This document shows, in pieces, positions 52,402 through 64,000 of a DNA stretch of 64,000 bases. The notes below the pieces were generated by a model. It worked only from the letters and a program-made list of their open reading frames with translations, ran no database searches and was not told the origin of the DNA. The translations under genes were made by a program, and so were the position numbers. Numbering within the stretch: the stretch's first letter is position 1; each line of letters opens with the position of its first letter. The stretch comes from Lama glama (taxonomy: Eukaryota), in assembly GCA_028534125.1 (NCBI GenBank), contig CM052816.1:51772001-51836000 (forward strand), in the 5' to 3' direction.

Positions 52402-54353
52402 TCACAAATAATTTTTTAAATATTTATAGCCACTATTAGTAAGCACCTTATATTCTAAAGCTTCCCAAATGGTTAAGAATGGTAATACTCAGGATACACT
52501 AATACTCATGAACAGTAATACTCATTTACACCTAGGGAAAACTAAGATATAGACAGCTTGACTAACAAATTTGTCACAACTGTATCCAGGATTTAAAATG
52601 TCTGCTCCCTTTCCTGCAGAGATGTGGCCATGTCACTTTCCCGTGGTTGCCTAATATTTCATTCTGTTACTTGCCAGGCTAATATTGAGATAAGCATTGA
52701 TACTTGGCAAATATTCCTCTTTCTTTCCCAATTTCACATTCCGCTGAATCTCATAGGAAATCCTATGAGAAAGCACCTGTTTGGAGGTGTCTGGACTCCC
52801 CACCTTCCACTCATGATAAATACATTCCTAGAAAAGATTAAAAAAATAGGGGCCTTATTGGCTTATAAAAGTGCTAGAAGCTTAAAAGAGGGGAAAATGA
52901 CATCTCAGCTGTATAACAAAAAATTTTGGAATCTGAGAATGATTATTTAGTTTCTATTTTTTAAAAAAAGGATAGCAGAAGACAGATAAATCAACATCTG
53001 CTTTAATTAAACTAAACCAATTGGCCACTTAAGTGAATGCTGGAGAGGATTAGATGTGCCAGGGAGTGTGTGGAATATAATGTGTTACTTAAAACCTTTA
53101 ATAACCCAAACTTTTTACCTGTCTACCAGAGAGAGATGTGATTGCACTGTCAACCAAATTGTTTTCATGTGAATAAAATGCATAAAAGACTTGAAAACCA
53201 ACCCTCTTTTACTCATTAAAGTCTTCTAGTGCTTCATTAATTTTAATGGTATAATCTAGGGCTGATTGAAGTGCACCTGAATGCAGTTAGTGCCTCATCA
53301 GTACTGATGAGTTCTAAGTAATTCAGGCCATGTCTGCAGAGTGATCACAAATTACCTGTCTCTATTTACATCCACTCTATGCATGTTTGCCCATGTCTTC
53401 AACAGCGCAACTTTTACATTCCAGGAGCCCAGTGCCTTCCTTTTCGATCTTACCTACATTATTTTAAAGCAATTTCTATTTCCAGAGCTGCTTTTATACT
53501 TACAACTGAGTTTTGTGCAAACAAAAGGTTTTGTGGAGGTGCCAACATATGGCATTTCTTCCCCAAATCTTCAGACTGAATACTGACATAGCCTATATGA
53601 GTCAAATGCATTTTTTGAAAAGTAAGGAATCTGATATGTTAAAAAGTAAATGAATACCAGTTTTGCATTTCTACTGTAACTTTGTTCCATAAAACAAATT
53701 TTTTAGGAAAACCTCTTAAATCCTTCTTACTGAATTCCATAATTGCAACTCTCAAACCAGATTTACTCATTGTCAAATACAGCTTTAGCTTACAGATTGG
53801 AAACACGATTAATTATGGTGCACCTCTTTAATTCTTGGCCTCTAGCATGGGCATTATTGCAGCACTAGATTAAGTGACTCACTGAACGTATGTACCCAAA
53901 CCAAGAAGTTCAGTCTAACCCCATCCCTACCGTAGGAACAAACAAGAGGATTTGAACATTAGTAACAACTGGGTAGGACTTGCTCCAATGATGCGAAAGG
54001 CCCTTTCACCTCATGTGATCTTTCCATCCCCCTTTTCTAGGTTCCATGATAACCATTCACCCTCTCTTCACGTAGGTTTTTTACAGAAAGTGTAAAATGC
54101 AGTTAATTTGGCTTACTTTTCTGAATCTTCTGATTCCAGTCTTACAGTTCTTTGCTTTAGTCTTAGATCCCAGGCAGTTCTCTAATTTAGTCTTCCAGAG
54201 GCTAATCTCCATTATGTGCAGATTTTTCTCATTTCTCAGATGGCAGTAATATTTATCTTTTTTCTTTTTTTTTTCTGAGGGTTTTGAGGCTCCCTCATAT
54301 GTGTTCTATTTCCCAATAAAATTGTAAAGCCCTGTATAGTGTATATACATATG

Positions 54354-54775
54354 TACTTAGCCATAAAAAGAATGAAATAATGCCATTTTCAGCAATAAGG
54401 ATGGGGAGGGATGGAGGCGAGAATTCTACCACTGAAACACCAATGCCTCCTACTGGGATGGACATAGAAATTACCATACTAAGTGAAGTAAGCCAGACAG
54501 ACAAAGACAAATATCATACGATATCACTTATATGTGGGATCTTTAAAAACGACACAAATGAACTTATTTACAAAACACAAAGACTCACAGACAAGAGAAA
54601 ACAAACTTCTGGTTATCAGGGTAAGAAGCGGGGAGGTAAACCGGGAGTTTGGGATTGGCAGATACAAACTACTATATACAGAATATATAGACAACAAGGT
54701 CCTACTCTATAGCACAGGGAACTATATTCGATAGCTTGTAGTAACCTGTTATTAAAAAGCATATATACGTATACA
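54354..54775 (+). mobile_element. L1 3' fragment (ORF2 end / 3'UTR)
   Basis: TAGCCATAAAAAGAATGAAATAATGCCATTT; ATACTAAGTGAAGTAAGCCAGACAGACAAAGACAAATATCATACGATATCAC; TATAGCACAGGGAACTATATTC. Confidence 0.88.
54413..54446 (-). pseudogene. 5' half of tRNA-Gly (CCC-type), retroposed fragment
   Basis: The - strand reads GCATTGGTGTTTCAGTGGTAGAATTCTCGCCTCC, a 33/34 match to the recalled 5' end of mammalian tRNA-Gly-CCC; it stops in the anticodon and there is no 3' half. Confidence 0.8.
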
Positions 54776-55029
54776 CGTTTTATGGAATACTGAGAGGAAT
54801 GTTTTGTATTTGTCTATTTCCTCTCTCAGTTCTGTCAATTTGGGCTTTGTGTGTTTTGAAACTTGTTATTAGATGAGCATATATTTATAATTTTTAAAAG
54901 TCTTCTTAATGAATTTATATGTACATAATTGTGGAATGTCCCCCTTTATCCTTTCTCAGAAATCTACTTTAGTAATTGTGAAATACTAAAGAGACTATAA
55001 AATAATAGAAAAAATATATATACATATTG

Positions 55030-55385
55030 CTTTCTGACTCGAGTTCCCGGTACAGGGCTCCTAAAATCCTTATCATTTACTACGTGATAACAGTACAAGG
55101 AGCATCTTTTGTCCTAACATTTGGTCTTTGACTTTGGTTCCTGACACAGAGCTCCTAAATCCCTTGGAATTTCTTAGTTGATATGAGTGCTTTCTGTTCT
55201 AACTAGGTGACTCTGGGAGGGCTCCTGAATAGCTTCAGGATGGGGGCTGGTCACCAGAAAGAAGAAGGCATGATTAGAAGCCTAGAACTTCCCACCCCAT
55301 TCCTCCATCCTCCATCCTTCAGGAAGTGGCAAAGGGCTGGAGTCTGAGTTAATCACCAATCATGCCTATGTGAGAAAGCTTCCAC
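55030..55385. mobile_element. LTR fragment (MER21-like)
   Basis: GGTTCCTGACACAGAGCTCCTAAATCCCTTGGAATTTC and GGGGCTGGTCACCAGAAAG...CATGATTAGAAGC blocks. Confidence 0.7.
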
Positions 55386-56841
55386 ATAGAATAAATATGA
55401 AAAAAAACACTTAGGCATATCATATGCAAACTGCTGAAAAAAATCTTCGAAGTAGTCAGAGAAAAATGACCCATTACAAACAGAAGAACAACTATTTGCA
55501 TAGTCATGGACTTTTCACCAAAAACCACGGAAATTAGAAGATGATTTTGGTTTCTTGTGGCAAAAGAACAAAATATTTACAGCTGAAAGGAGGAAAAAAA
55601 GGAAGGAGAGAATTTAATGTTCATTGAGCCAGGCAGTTAGGTCTATGCCTTCCAAATTCTGAATTTTATCCCATTAATGTGTTCTGAGATGAATTTAGTG
55701 GGTCACAATTAGCATGTTTTAAAACTGCAAGAGAGGAATATATCCTACAATAGAAAAATATTAAAGTGCTTCTCATATGGTAAAGATAACTATTACCACC
55801 TAAACCTTTTATTTGGGTTTTATATACATATACATACACACTCACTTGCATACTCATATATGTGGGTACTGGGTTCTAATGTAGAATGTATTTCTTACAG
55901 AGGTTACAGTGAAAGAAAAAAATGTTAAGTCGCTGCCTTATATTATTTAATGATCATAAAATCTTTGTAAGGCAAATTATCTCCATTTTACAAACAAAAC
56001 CAAGACTCAATTAAATAATTTGCCCTTGGTCATATAGCTGGTTAGTGGCTGAGCTTAAATTTAAGGCAAATCTTTTGACCTTGAAAACAATTTCTTTTGG
56101 CTGCTTTCACAACACACTCTTTTATGACCTTTGGCCTGAAAGAGAATAGCCAGTTTTGCATAAGCACAGGAATCAAAGGACCCAAGGAAGAGGGCCAGAG
56201 AGAGTGGTTTCCCAGCCATAAAGCCTACTCTACTGCAGTCTGTCCCAGATACAAGGAATATGGCAAATTTCAAAAGTCCCATGACACAATACCATGCTCG
56301 TTTCCATCATTGCTAGGTCAACAGTGACTGAAGGAGAACTCAGTAAACAGGAACTATTTGCACTTTGGCTGAAAGATACGGCATTCAATTAGAATTTTAA
56401 TTAATAGTTAAGTCTTTTTATCTCTTCCAGTTGACTCACCTTTTATAAAAAAGATCTTTTCTGTTTTTCACTGTAACATTGCCAAAGTGCTGGTTTCTTG
56501 TAGCAAAAGAAACCACAACTTCTGCAAATAGGATCCTATCATTCAAATACTTGGGGCTGCTTGAGGAGAAAGGACACTCTTGTATCTAATTTAAGTGCTA
56601 TCATATGATCTGAAAATTGTCTGAAGAGCTGACAGGGAAAGATTTTTGATGACTATGGAAGATTTCAACAAAAACTGATATGCCGGACTGAGTGTTTAGG
56701 AATCCATTGTAGACTTTGTTTAAACGACTGCCTTTAGTTATGAATATCTTGTTCTTACAGAGTAGAGTCACACGGGTACTTTCCTGGTAATACAATAAAG
56801 CTCCACAAATCAAACAGCCCCACAAATCAAAGAGTTTCAAA

Positions 56842-56951
56842 ATATGAAAACGAATATATGTATCTATGTGCAAGACTGGGACGTTGTGCTGTACACCAGA
56901 GACTGACACAATGTAACTGACTGTACTTCAATAAAAAAAATTTTTTTTTAA
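56842..56951 (+). mobile_element. Very short L1 3' tail
   Basis: GCTGTACACCAGAGACTGACACAATGTAACTGACTGTACTTCAATAAAAAAAA; flanking AGTTTCAAA duplication at 56833-56841 and 56952-56960. Confidence 0.8.
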
Positions 56952-58287
56952 AGTTTCAAATGCAGGTAATTTAAAGGTGAAGTACTAACAGTCCGTGGGC
57001 AAGCCAATATTGAACGCAAATGTGGCTGTGGTTGTTGATGAGTAGAACTAATGGCTAAAGATGAGAAACAAATTAGATAAAAATACAACAAAAAAGGAGG
57101 TATTAGCTGCATTCTCCGTACCTTAGATATTCAGTTAATTCTTGTTAATAATGCTGATAACATTGCTGGGGATGTTGTGGTATAGATTACAAGGCTTGCC
57201 TTCTTTTTATATTAGTAGCCATATCATTTTATACTACTGCTTGTTCTTCAGCTTTTCCTCTAAAAAAATTAAATGTTGGCATATGCCTTTATTTAGTCTC
57301 TTCAATTCTTTTATGCCTGTGTTTCTTTAGATGTATGTACTTGCCTTCACTTACCACTTATCTCATCAGACCTTTCAGAAGAGGGGCCATCAGTTCAGTT
57401 GGTTGCCCTAAAGAATGGTTTTAAGAGAAATTCAGAGATAGATTATTATCATATTATAATAGTGATTCCTTTTTTATTATTTAGCAAGTAAACCCTTACA
57501 TAGTACTTACAATGTGTTGAGCACTTCTAAGTGAACTTTACAAATAATAATTTGTAAAATGAGAAAGGTAGTATCATTGTTCTCATTTTATACAAAGGAG
57601 CCTGAGGAACTTAGAGACTAAGTCAGTCACTTAATATCATGAAGCAGGAGAGTTGGGACTTGCACTCCAGCAATGTGGCTGCAGAGTCAACATGCTTGGC
57701 CACGATGCCATTCCTCTCAAGCCTCCATCCCTGTCCCCAGAATGCCAGTCACTGCCTGAGGTTCTGATCCCTCTTTTGTCTATGGGCACTGATTGGCAGA
57801 ATAGCCTCCACCTCACCCCATTCAGGGTGTGCAGCACGATGTTCTGAATTGCATTGGGTGTGGTTTCTTCTTCTAAATTTCAACCACATACCAATTTATC
57901 ATTCAAAAGTTAGTATGGTGCCTATTAGCACCAACACAAGTGTATTCTTTTCATACTTTATTTTTCTCAATATAGGAGGGAAGACAAATGCCTATATCAG
58001 AGCACGATTTATTTCACTGTAGCATGTACAGTTCTCACAAAATGCAGAACTTGGTCTCATTCGTGCTATTCAGGGTAACAGTATTTTTTTGTTAGGTAGA
58101 GCAGTTTTATAACTTGTTACAGAATTGGTTGCTCCCATCTCTTCTGCCACACCTCTTCAGGTTATTGACATCACAGGATGGATGGAAAAGAATAACAAGA
58201 TTCAAGATAAACATCCGCTGAGGGAAGAATTTGGTTTTCAAACTATACTAAATACACTGTCAGTACTTCAGATAGCTAATTTTGGAT

Positions 58288-58725
58288 TGCTAGGGAGAGA
58301 CTGACTACAAGTGGACAATGGCCAGACCACATATGACAACAGAATTCTGACCCACAACCTCTGCAGCAACCAGAGCAAGAAGACAAACTACAAGCTCTGA
58401 GCAATCGGCTCAGATTTAGGGACTTCCAGTTTCCCTAAATTTTGCCCCTGTTTCCAGTTCAGGGCCAACCAGAGAAAGACAAATACACTTTCCAAACCAG
58501 TTACGTAGGACTTAGTCTGCTTCTAGGTCATCTGCCTCCAACATCCCCATGCCTACAAGCCCACACTGAGCACAGCTGAGCATACTCATTTTTTCAAAGG
58601 AAGCTTTCCTATGCCTGACTGTGAGTTTCTGCCAAGTTCAAGCAGGTGATGGTGACTGCCTTGCAACAGAAGCTCTAAATAAACAGCTTCTGTTTGTCCT
58701 CATTGGTATCATATTTATTTTCACA
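58288..58725 (+). mobile_element. ERV1-type solo LTR (MER89/MER90-like)
   Basis: AATGGCCAGACCACATATGACAACAGAATTCTGACCCACAACCTCTGCAGCAACCAG; AATAAA at 58678-58683; ends TTTCACA; 5' boundary approximate. Confidence 0.65.
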
Positions 58726-59014
58726 CTTTCAAAAGAAATGAATCTCCTCTTGCTCTATTTGCCAGAAAACTGATTAAATTAGTCCCTCATTTTTTTTCCA
58801 ACGGTGTCCACAGGGACTTGTTAAACGGCTGACTATAGTAGCATCTAGATAGTTGGAGGGTTTCTAGACTTATGCATAAGTGGTCTTACAAATATTCATT
58901 TTCTCATTGTCCTAAAATATTTTTACCTCCTGCAACTTGTAATTAAATGTGTTTGCCATTGTTAGTGGCATTAAAAAAAAATCAGGGAAACAAACCAAAG
59001 ATATTAAGGAGAGT

Positions 59015-59020
59015 TTTATT
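59015..59020 (-). terminator. CKMT2: CKMT2 polyadenylation signal AATAAA
   Basis: tttatt on the + strand about 125 nt after the stop codon, followed on the - strand by U/GU-rich sequence. Confidence 0.75.
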
Positions 59021-59143
59021 GTAAAGATAGACAGGACAAACAATTTTACATTTTTCCAAGTCTATGAAAACTCTCAGAGTAGAAATTTCTTTATGTCTGT
59101 CACACCAGCAGACAGATTATTTATAAATCAGGGAAGGGAAAGT

Positions 59144-59263
59144 TCACTTTCTGACAAACTGCGGTAGAGGTGGTGGCACCTTAATGTCTTGGCCTCTCTC
59201 CAATTTCTTTTCACAATCCACCAGGTAATTGACTCCATCGATGACTATCTGAACAAGCTCAAC
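59144..59263 (-). CDS. CKMT2: Sarcomeric mitochondrial creatine kinase, last coding exon
   Basis: tcaaag| acceptor; [39 protein letters not shown] then TGA; 120 nt. Confidence 0.95.
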   Translation of the reverse strand, partial: VELVQIVIDGVNYLVDCEKKLERGQDIKVPPPLPQFVRK

Positions 59264-61859
59264 CTTTGATAGTGAAAAAGATGAAAGATTAATTTGCAGA
59301 GAAGACACATGCTAGGCATTGATCTATAGGAAGAGTCCCAGGACAAAAGAGAACTTGCCATCTTCAATGGACTTTATAACAATTTCTTCTCAGTATTTCC
59401 CTGAAGTTTTGTGGGAGAAGAGGTGTCTGATAGTTATCATCAGAGATGGGAAGCAGGGATATTATAGGGTCTCTCTCAATCTTTCTTTAGTTAAGATGGG
59501 ATTACTACTTTCTGTAAGAACTTTTTTTAAAACATGAAAACCATTAGTCTGCGTCTCAGATACTTTTCTCCCATCAGTCTCTGCTATAAAATAACAATTT
59601 GTCTAAAAGTAAAACTACAGAGTGACACCTTGTGATGTTCTTTGACCTGGACCTGAATTCTGACCTGCCGCTAAGCTACCTGAGCACTGAATATGCTATT
59701 GTTCAGATATTGTCATTTACACAGTGAATGGCTTTATGAAAATTGTTTAAACTCAAGGGTTTGGCAATTAAATCATGTCTGTACTGTACCAGGTAAGTTT
59801 GCTACTTAAAGGAAACTGTGTGAATTATATTAAGATACACTTAAAAAAATTGCTGCTTAAAAAAATGTTAGAACTTTCATTTACAAATAATGGTTTTTCT
59901 TCAACTAGAGTAAATCTACCTATGATTTTTCCCCTGGGAATTGCCTCCCAAACAAATTACTTGTACTGCTCCTAAAGGGACTCAAACTAAGATAGTAAGT
60001 AATTACTAGTTAATTCCAGACAGCACTAAAATACATAACTCAGGAATGAACAGCAACAATAGAAGAGATCATTAAATGTTACAGTTGAGCATACTTTAGG
60101 CATGATGGCGTCTAGTGCCCTCCCTGCTTCTCTTCATGCATAAGGAAACTGAAGCCCTAAGAGAGGGCTGGCTCAGAAAGCTAGTCATTACTAATAATAG
60201 AAACCCATATTTTCTACTTATCCAGTTGACCTGTCTCAGTGTTGATGAGGGTGTGGTGAGATGGGTATCTCATTCACTACCAGTGAAACTCTCTTGGTAT
60301 AAGTCTTGTGGTAGGAAACTGGGTCAAAAGTCAGGGACTCTCATTTTTAACCCAGGAATTCCTTTCCTAGAAATATATTCAAACTAAATAATCAGAATTG
60401 TGAATAGAGTTATGTATAGAGATGGTCATACAGTTACGTAGAGAGATGGTCAAACGAAATCTCAAATAATCAGGGAGATAGTAAACAGATAATGGACTAT
60501 CTTTACTATGCTGCCATTAAACAATATGTTTTGAAGAATACTTAGTATTGTAGGAAAATGCTCACATATAATACATGGAAAAAAGCTGTTATATCAAATA
60601 TATGTTATAATACTAAATTTTGTAAAGATATTTTTTGAGTAATTATAAGAATGAAGGCAACTTAGAATAATGTTCACAATGGTTATCTCAGGGTTGCTAG
60701 GTAAAATAAATGGTGTTTTTTTTTAATACTTTTTGGAATTTTTCTAGTTTTTATAATGATCACTTATTAACTCTGTTTTTTTTTTAAGTGATAACTATCT
60801 TGCTTTCCAGTAATAAAAGTCTAGTTGATATTAGAAGCTGACAGGACTAGGCCCCAGATTTTCTTTATTCACTACTTCTTTCAGCAAATTTCAGAAGGTG
60901 TGGTATTTATAGAGGCTTCTTCTTCAGATATTTTACCAGAGCTGGCAGCATTCAGGTTGATTTCAATGTTTTGAGTGTTTTCTCCTTCCCTTCCTCAATT
61001 TACTGGTAGGGGTACCAACCAGCAATGAAATATGCACAAAATGGCAAGGAAGAAGAAAGGGCACTGATAATCCACAGATTTAATAACCAGCTACTGAGTT
61101 ATTAAGGGTTGTATGTTATAAGAAGAGGCTTTTAAATGAATGCTGGGCACAATACCTTCAATGGGATCACATCCAGGTAAGCTGGGCTGACTTACTAGAT
61201 CAGGACTGACTTGGAGTGTGGCTGCAGTTTCTCTAAGTGTGCTCCTTGTGCTTTACCTCGTGCATCACTCCAGGCCTATCTATAGTCTATGAATCCCATT
61301 CATCCTGTGCATTCACAGAATCCTAAGCATTCCTGGATGAGCACAATCTTACATGTACTTAATGTATGCCTTATTTGCCATCGTTAGCCCTAATGATAAA
61401 ATTTTACAAACGATCGTGCATCTAAAAATGTCCAAGTGAAGATGACAATATGTGTCCTTCACCAAAGGAAATTCAGAATCAAGAGAAAAGCCACAATTTT
61501 ACCACCCTCAGAGAGAGGGCACGCGAGTTCTCGGACTTCACAGTGATAAAAGACTGCTGGCCTTCAGCATAACAGAGCTCCTGCTGCAGAAGATTGCTGG
61601 AATAGCTCTCAGGGGCAGGCCAGGGACAACCCTCCCACTGTGAATTCCTTCACCTGCCTATACATTCTTGTACTTACCTTTATGTAGTGATTTCCCAGGG
61701 AGGAACAATTCTACAGAATGAAATGCTAACTTGACTCAGGACTCAATGGGGAAAGAGGAGGTCTTGAATTTTGTGAATAAGGTAAGGCTGTGTAGGTTAC
61801 TTCTTTTTCTTTTAGGCTGATTTTGTTGGTTCACGTTCAGAAAGTGAGAGAGATATTAC

Positions 61860-61985
61860 CTCAGATCGGCCAATTCGATCTATGTTGGAAATATCGTACA
61901 CGTCTGCCACTGCCGCAGTGTCCACGCCACCTGTGCCTCGCTTCTGAAGTCTGAGGTTCTCCAGGATCTTAGAAAATCGTGGGTC
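61860..61985 (-). CDS. CKMT2: CKMT2 penultimate coding exon
   Basis: tcccag| and |gtaata; [42 protein letters not shown]; 126 nt. Confidence 0.96.
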
Positions 61986-62069
61986 CTGGGACAAAGGGTA
62001 ACGGTGTCGAAAGAAGCAAAATTGATTCATCATCATTGGTGCACTTAGAAAAGACATAGAATGAGAGGT

Positions 62070-62260
62070 AATAACAGTTACCATTTATTAAGCATATATT
62101 TACTATGTACCAGGGCCCTGTGCTGGAACTTTTAACCTTTACAACAACCCAATGAAGAAGGTATTGCTTTTACCCCCCATTTCACAGATGAGGAAATAAG
62201 GCTAAGAGGAATTAGCTTGCCTGAACGTAGAACACAGCTAGAAGGTAGCAGAGCTGTTAC
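62070..62260 (+). mobile_element. MIR SINE
   Basis: Core CCCCATTTCACAGATGAGGAAATAAGGCT. Confidence 0.75.
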
Positions 62261-62725
62261 CAAATTCTATACCGCTTTTTTGGCACCTGGATCCCAGCTT
62301 TGGTGAATTTATTATTCATCTATGTAACTACTAATATCAGTTGCTACTGATATAATTAAAATCATGACATTAAAGCACATCAAATAATTTTCTTCGCATT
62401 GGAATCCTGAGTAACAAATATTATTATACTTTTTTTGGCTGAAAGCATATTTTCTAAAACTGTTTTAAAGTATTTGATTCACTTGGCATGCTGGGGCAGA
62501 AACTATTAGTTGCCCATTGGAATCCTTCTCCTATTTTCCACAGGTGAGCTCAGGAAATAACCACCAGCTAGGTTCCTGCTTGTGGAACAAACAGAAGTGA
62601 CGTGTGCCGCCTCCAGGTCTAGACCTTAAATCTTTACATGGACAATCCTGCATGTTCTCTCCCCTCACCACAAGCTAGAATGTGAGGGCTGACCATAACC
62701 ATGCAAAGGGGACAGTGCTCTAAGA

Positions 62726-62875
62726 CAGTCCTCTGTGAGTGCAGTCCCCTGACCAACAGCAGCAGCATCACCTGGCAACTTGTTAGAAATGCAACTTCTG
62801 CAGGTGGGCCTAGCAATGCATGTTTTCACAAGCCTCCAGCGGATTTTGCTGCAGGCTCAAGTCTGAGAACCACTG
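62726..62875 (+). mobile_element. hAT-Charlie MITE (MER5A-like, internally shortened)
   Basis: CAGCAGCATCACCTGGCAACTTGTTAGAAATGCAA and terminal AAGTCTGAGAACCACTG. Confidence 0.8.
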
Positions 62876-63092
62876 TACTAGGAGAGACAGAAGGAGCTGG
62901 AAGGCCAAGGAGCAGCGCAGCCTGTCTTTCCATCCCGACTTGCTATATGCAGGAAAATTTAAACTTCTTGTTCTTGAAGCCACACCCCTTTCTTACAGTC
63001 CCTCAACCTCTTATCCTACTGATACAAGTGTTTTTGAGGCAAACTTAATCTTTTCTCGTCACTTTCTATTATAGGTACAGAAACTAGGGTTA

Positions 63093-63326
<234 letters not shown>

Positions 63327-63596
63327 CTACAACAGGGAACAGATGACAAAGCTCTCAGATATCCATTCACTCAGCAGCACATCCTGAACATCAGGGAGAG
63401 ATGTGTGTACTGTATGTTTGCCATAAATGAAATTTAGGTAAATATATAGTTTTCTTTTCCTTTTTTTTTTCCTTTGGAAAGGAGAAAGTAAAGTTATCTG
63501 TAGTTCTATTTTTAATTTACATTTTTTATTGAGAGAACCAGTCTTTAAAATCTATAGTGCTTTATAACTTTCAAAAGTTCCATGCACATGATTTCA

Positions 63597-63862
63597 TATA
63601 GTCCTATAATAACCCTTTTTCCCTCTAACCCTAAACTGCCCCTCCCCGCTTCTTTCACCCCACTGGTAGCCACTAGTTTGTTCTCTATATCTGTGAGTCT
63701 GCTTCTTTTTTGTTTTATTCACTATTTTGTTGTATTTTTTAGATTTCACATATAAGGGTGAAATCATACAGTATTTGTCTTTCTCTGTCTGACATTTCAC
63801 TTAGCATAACGCCCTCCAAGTCTAACTATGTTGCTGCAAATGGCGAAATTTCATCTTTCATT
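63597..63862 (-). mobile_element. L1 3' fragment, antisense
   Basis: GTGAAATCATACAGTATTTGTCTTTCTCTGTCTGACATTTCACTTAGCATAA; reverse-complement homologue of 54354-54775. Confidence 0.85.
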
Positions 63863-64000
63863 CTATAGTATTTCTTTAATAGAAAATTAAATCTCTTCTA
63901 TCAGAATATTAAAATGGTCCAATTAAATCAGATAAACTACGTAAAGCACTGAACAGTGTACCTAGCATATACTAAACACTCAATAAACGTCAGTTGTTAT

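Noticed and set aside
53304..53311. CTGATGAG as a hammerhead ribozyme core
   Set aside because: No stem II followed by GAAA on either strand; the motif is just half of the palindrome
54380..54734. 110-aa and 66-aa ORFs
   Set aside because: They lie wholly in L1 3' sequence plus the tRNA-half insert; not a gene

Overview
This is mammalian genomic DNA, probably camelid, inferred from tRNA-derived SINEs resembling Vic-1. It covers the ACOT12-ZCCHC9-CKMT2 syntenic block. ACOT12 (+) has coding exons 3-15 at 3400-30797, with consistent splice phases and an intact frame; exons 1-2 lie upstream of the window. ZCCHC9 (-) is complete: five coding exons, 816 nt, 271 aa, four CCHC knuckles, and a CpG-island promoter near 45.5-46.2 kb. 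The last three coding exons of CKMT2 (-) lie at 59144-63326. The rest is mostly L1, L2/MIR, SINE, LTR and hAT repeats. Repeat family names are from memory of consensus sequences, not from a search. I found no convincing new multi-gene system. The most notable oddities are: a retroposed 5' half of tRNA-Gly inside an L1 fragment (54413-54446), a chain of overlapping uORFs ending on the ZCCHC9 start codon, an L1 that keeps both ends but lacks ORF1, and an LTR nested in another LTR.
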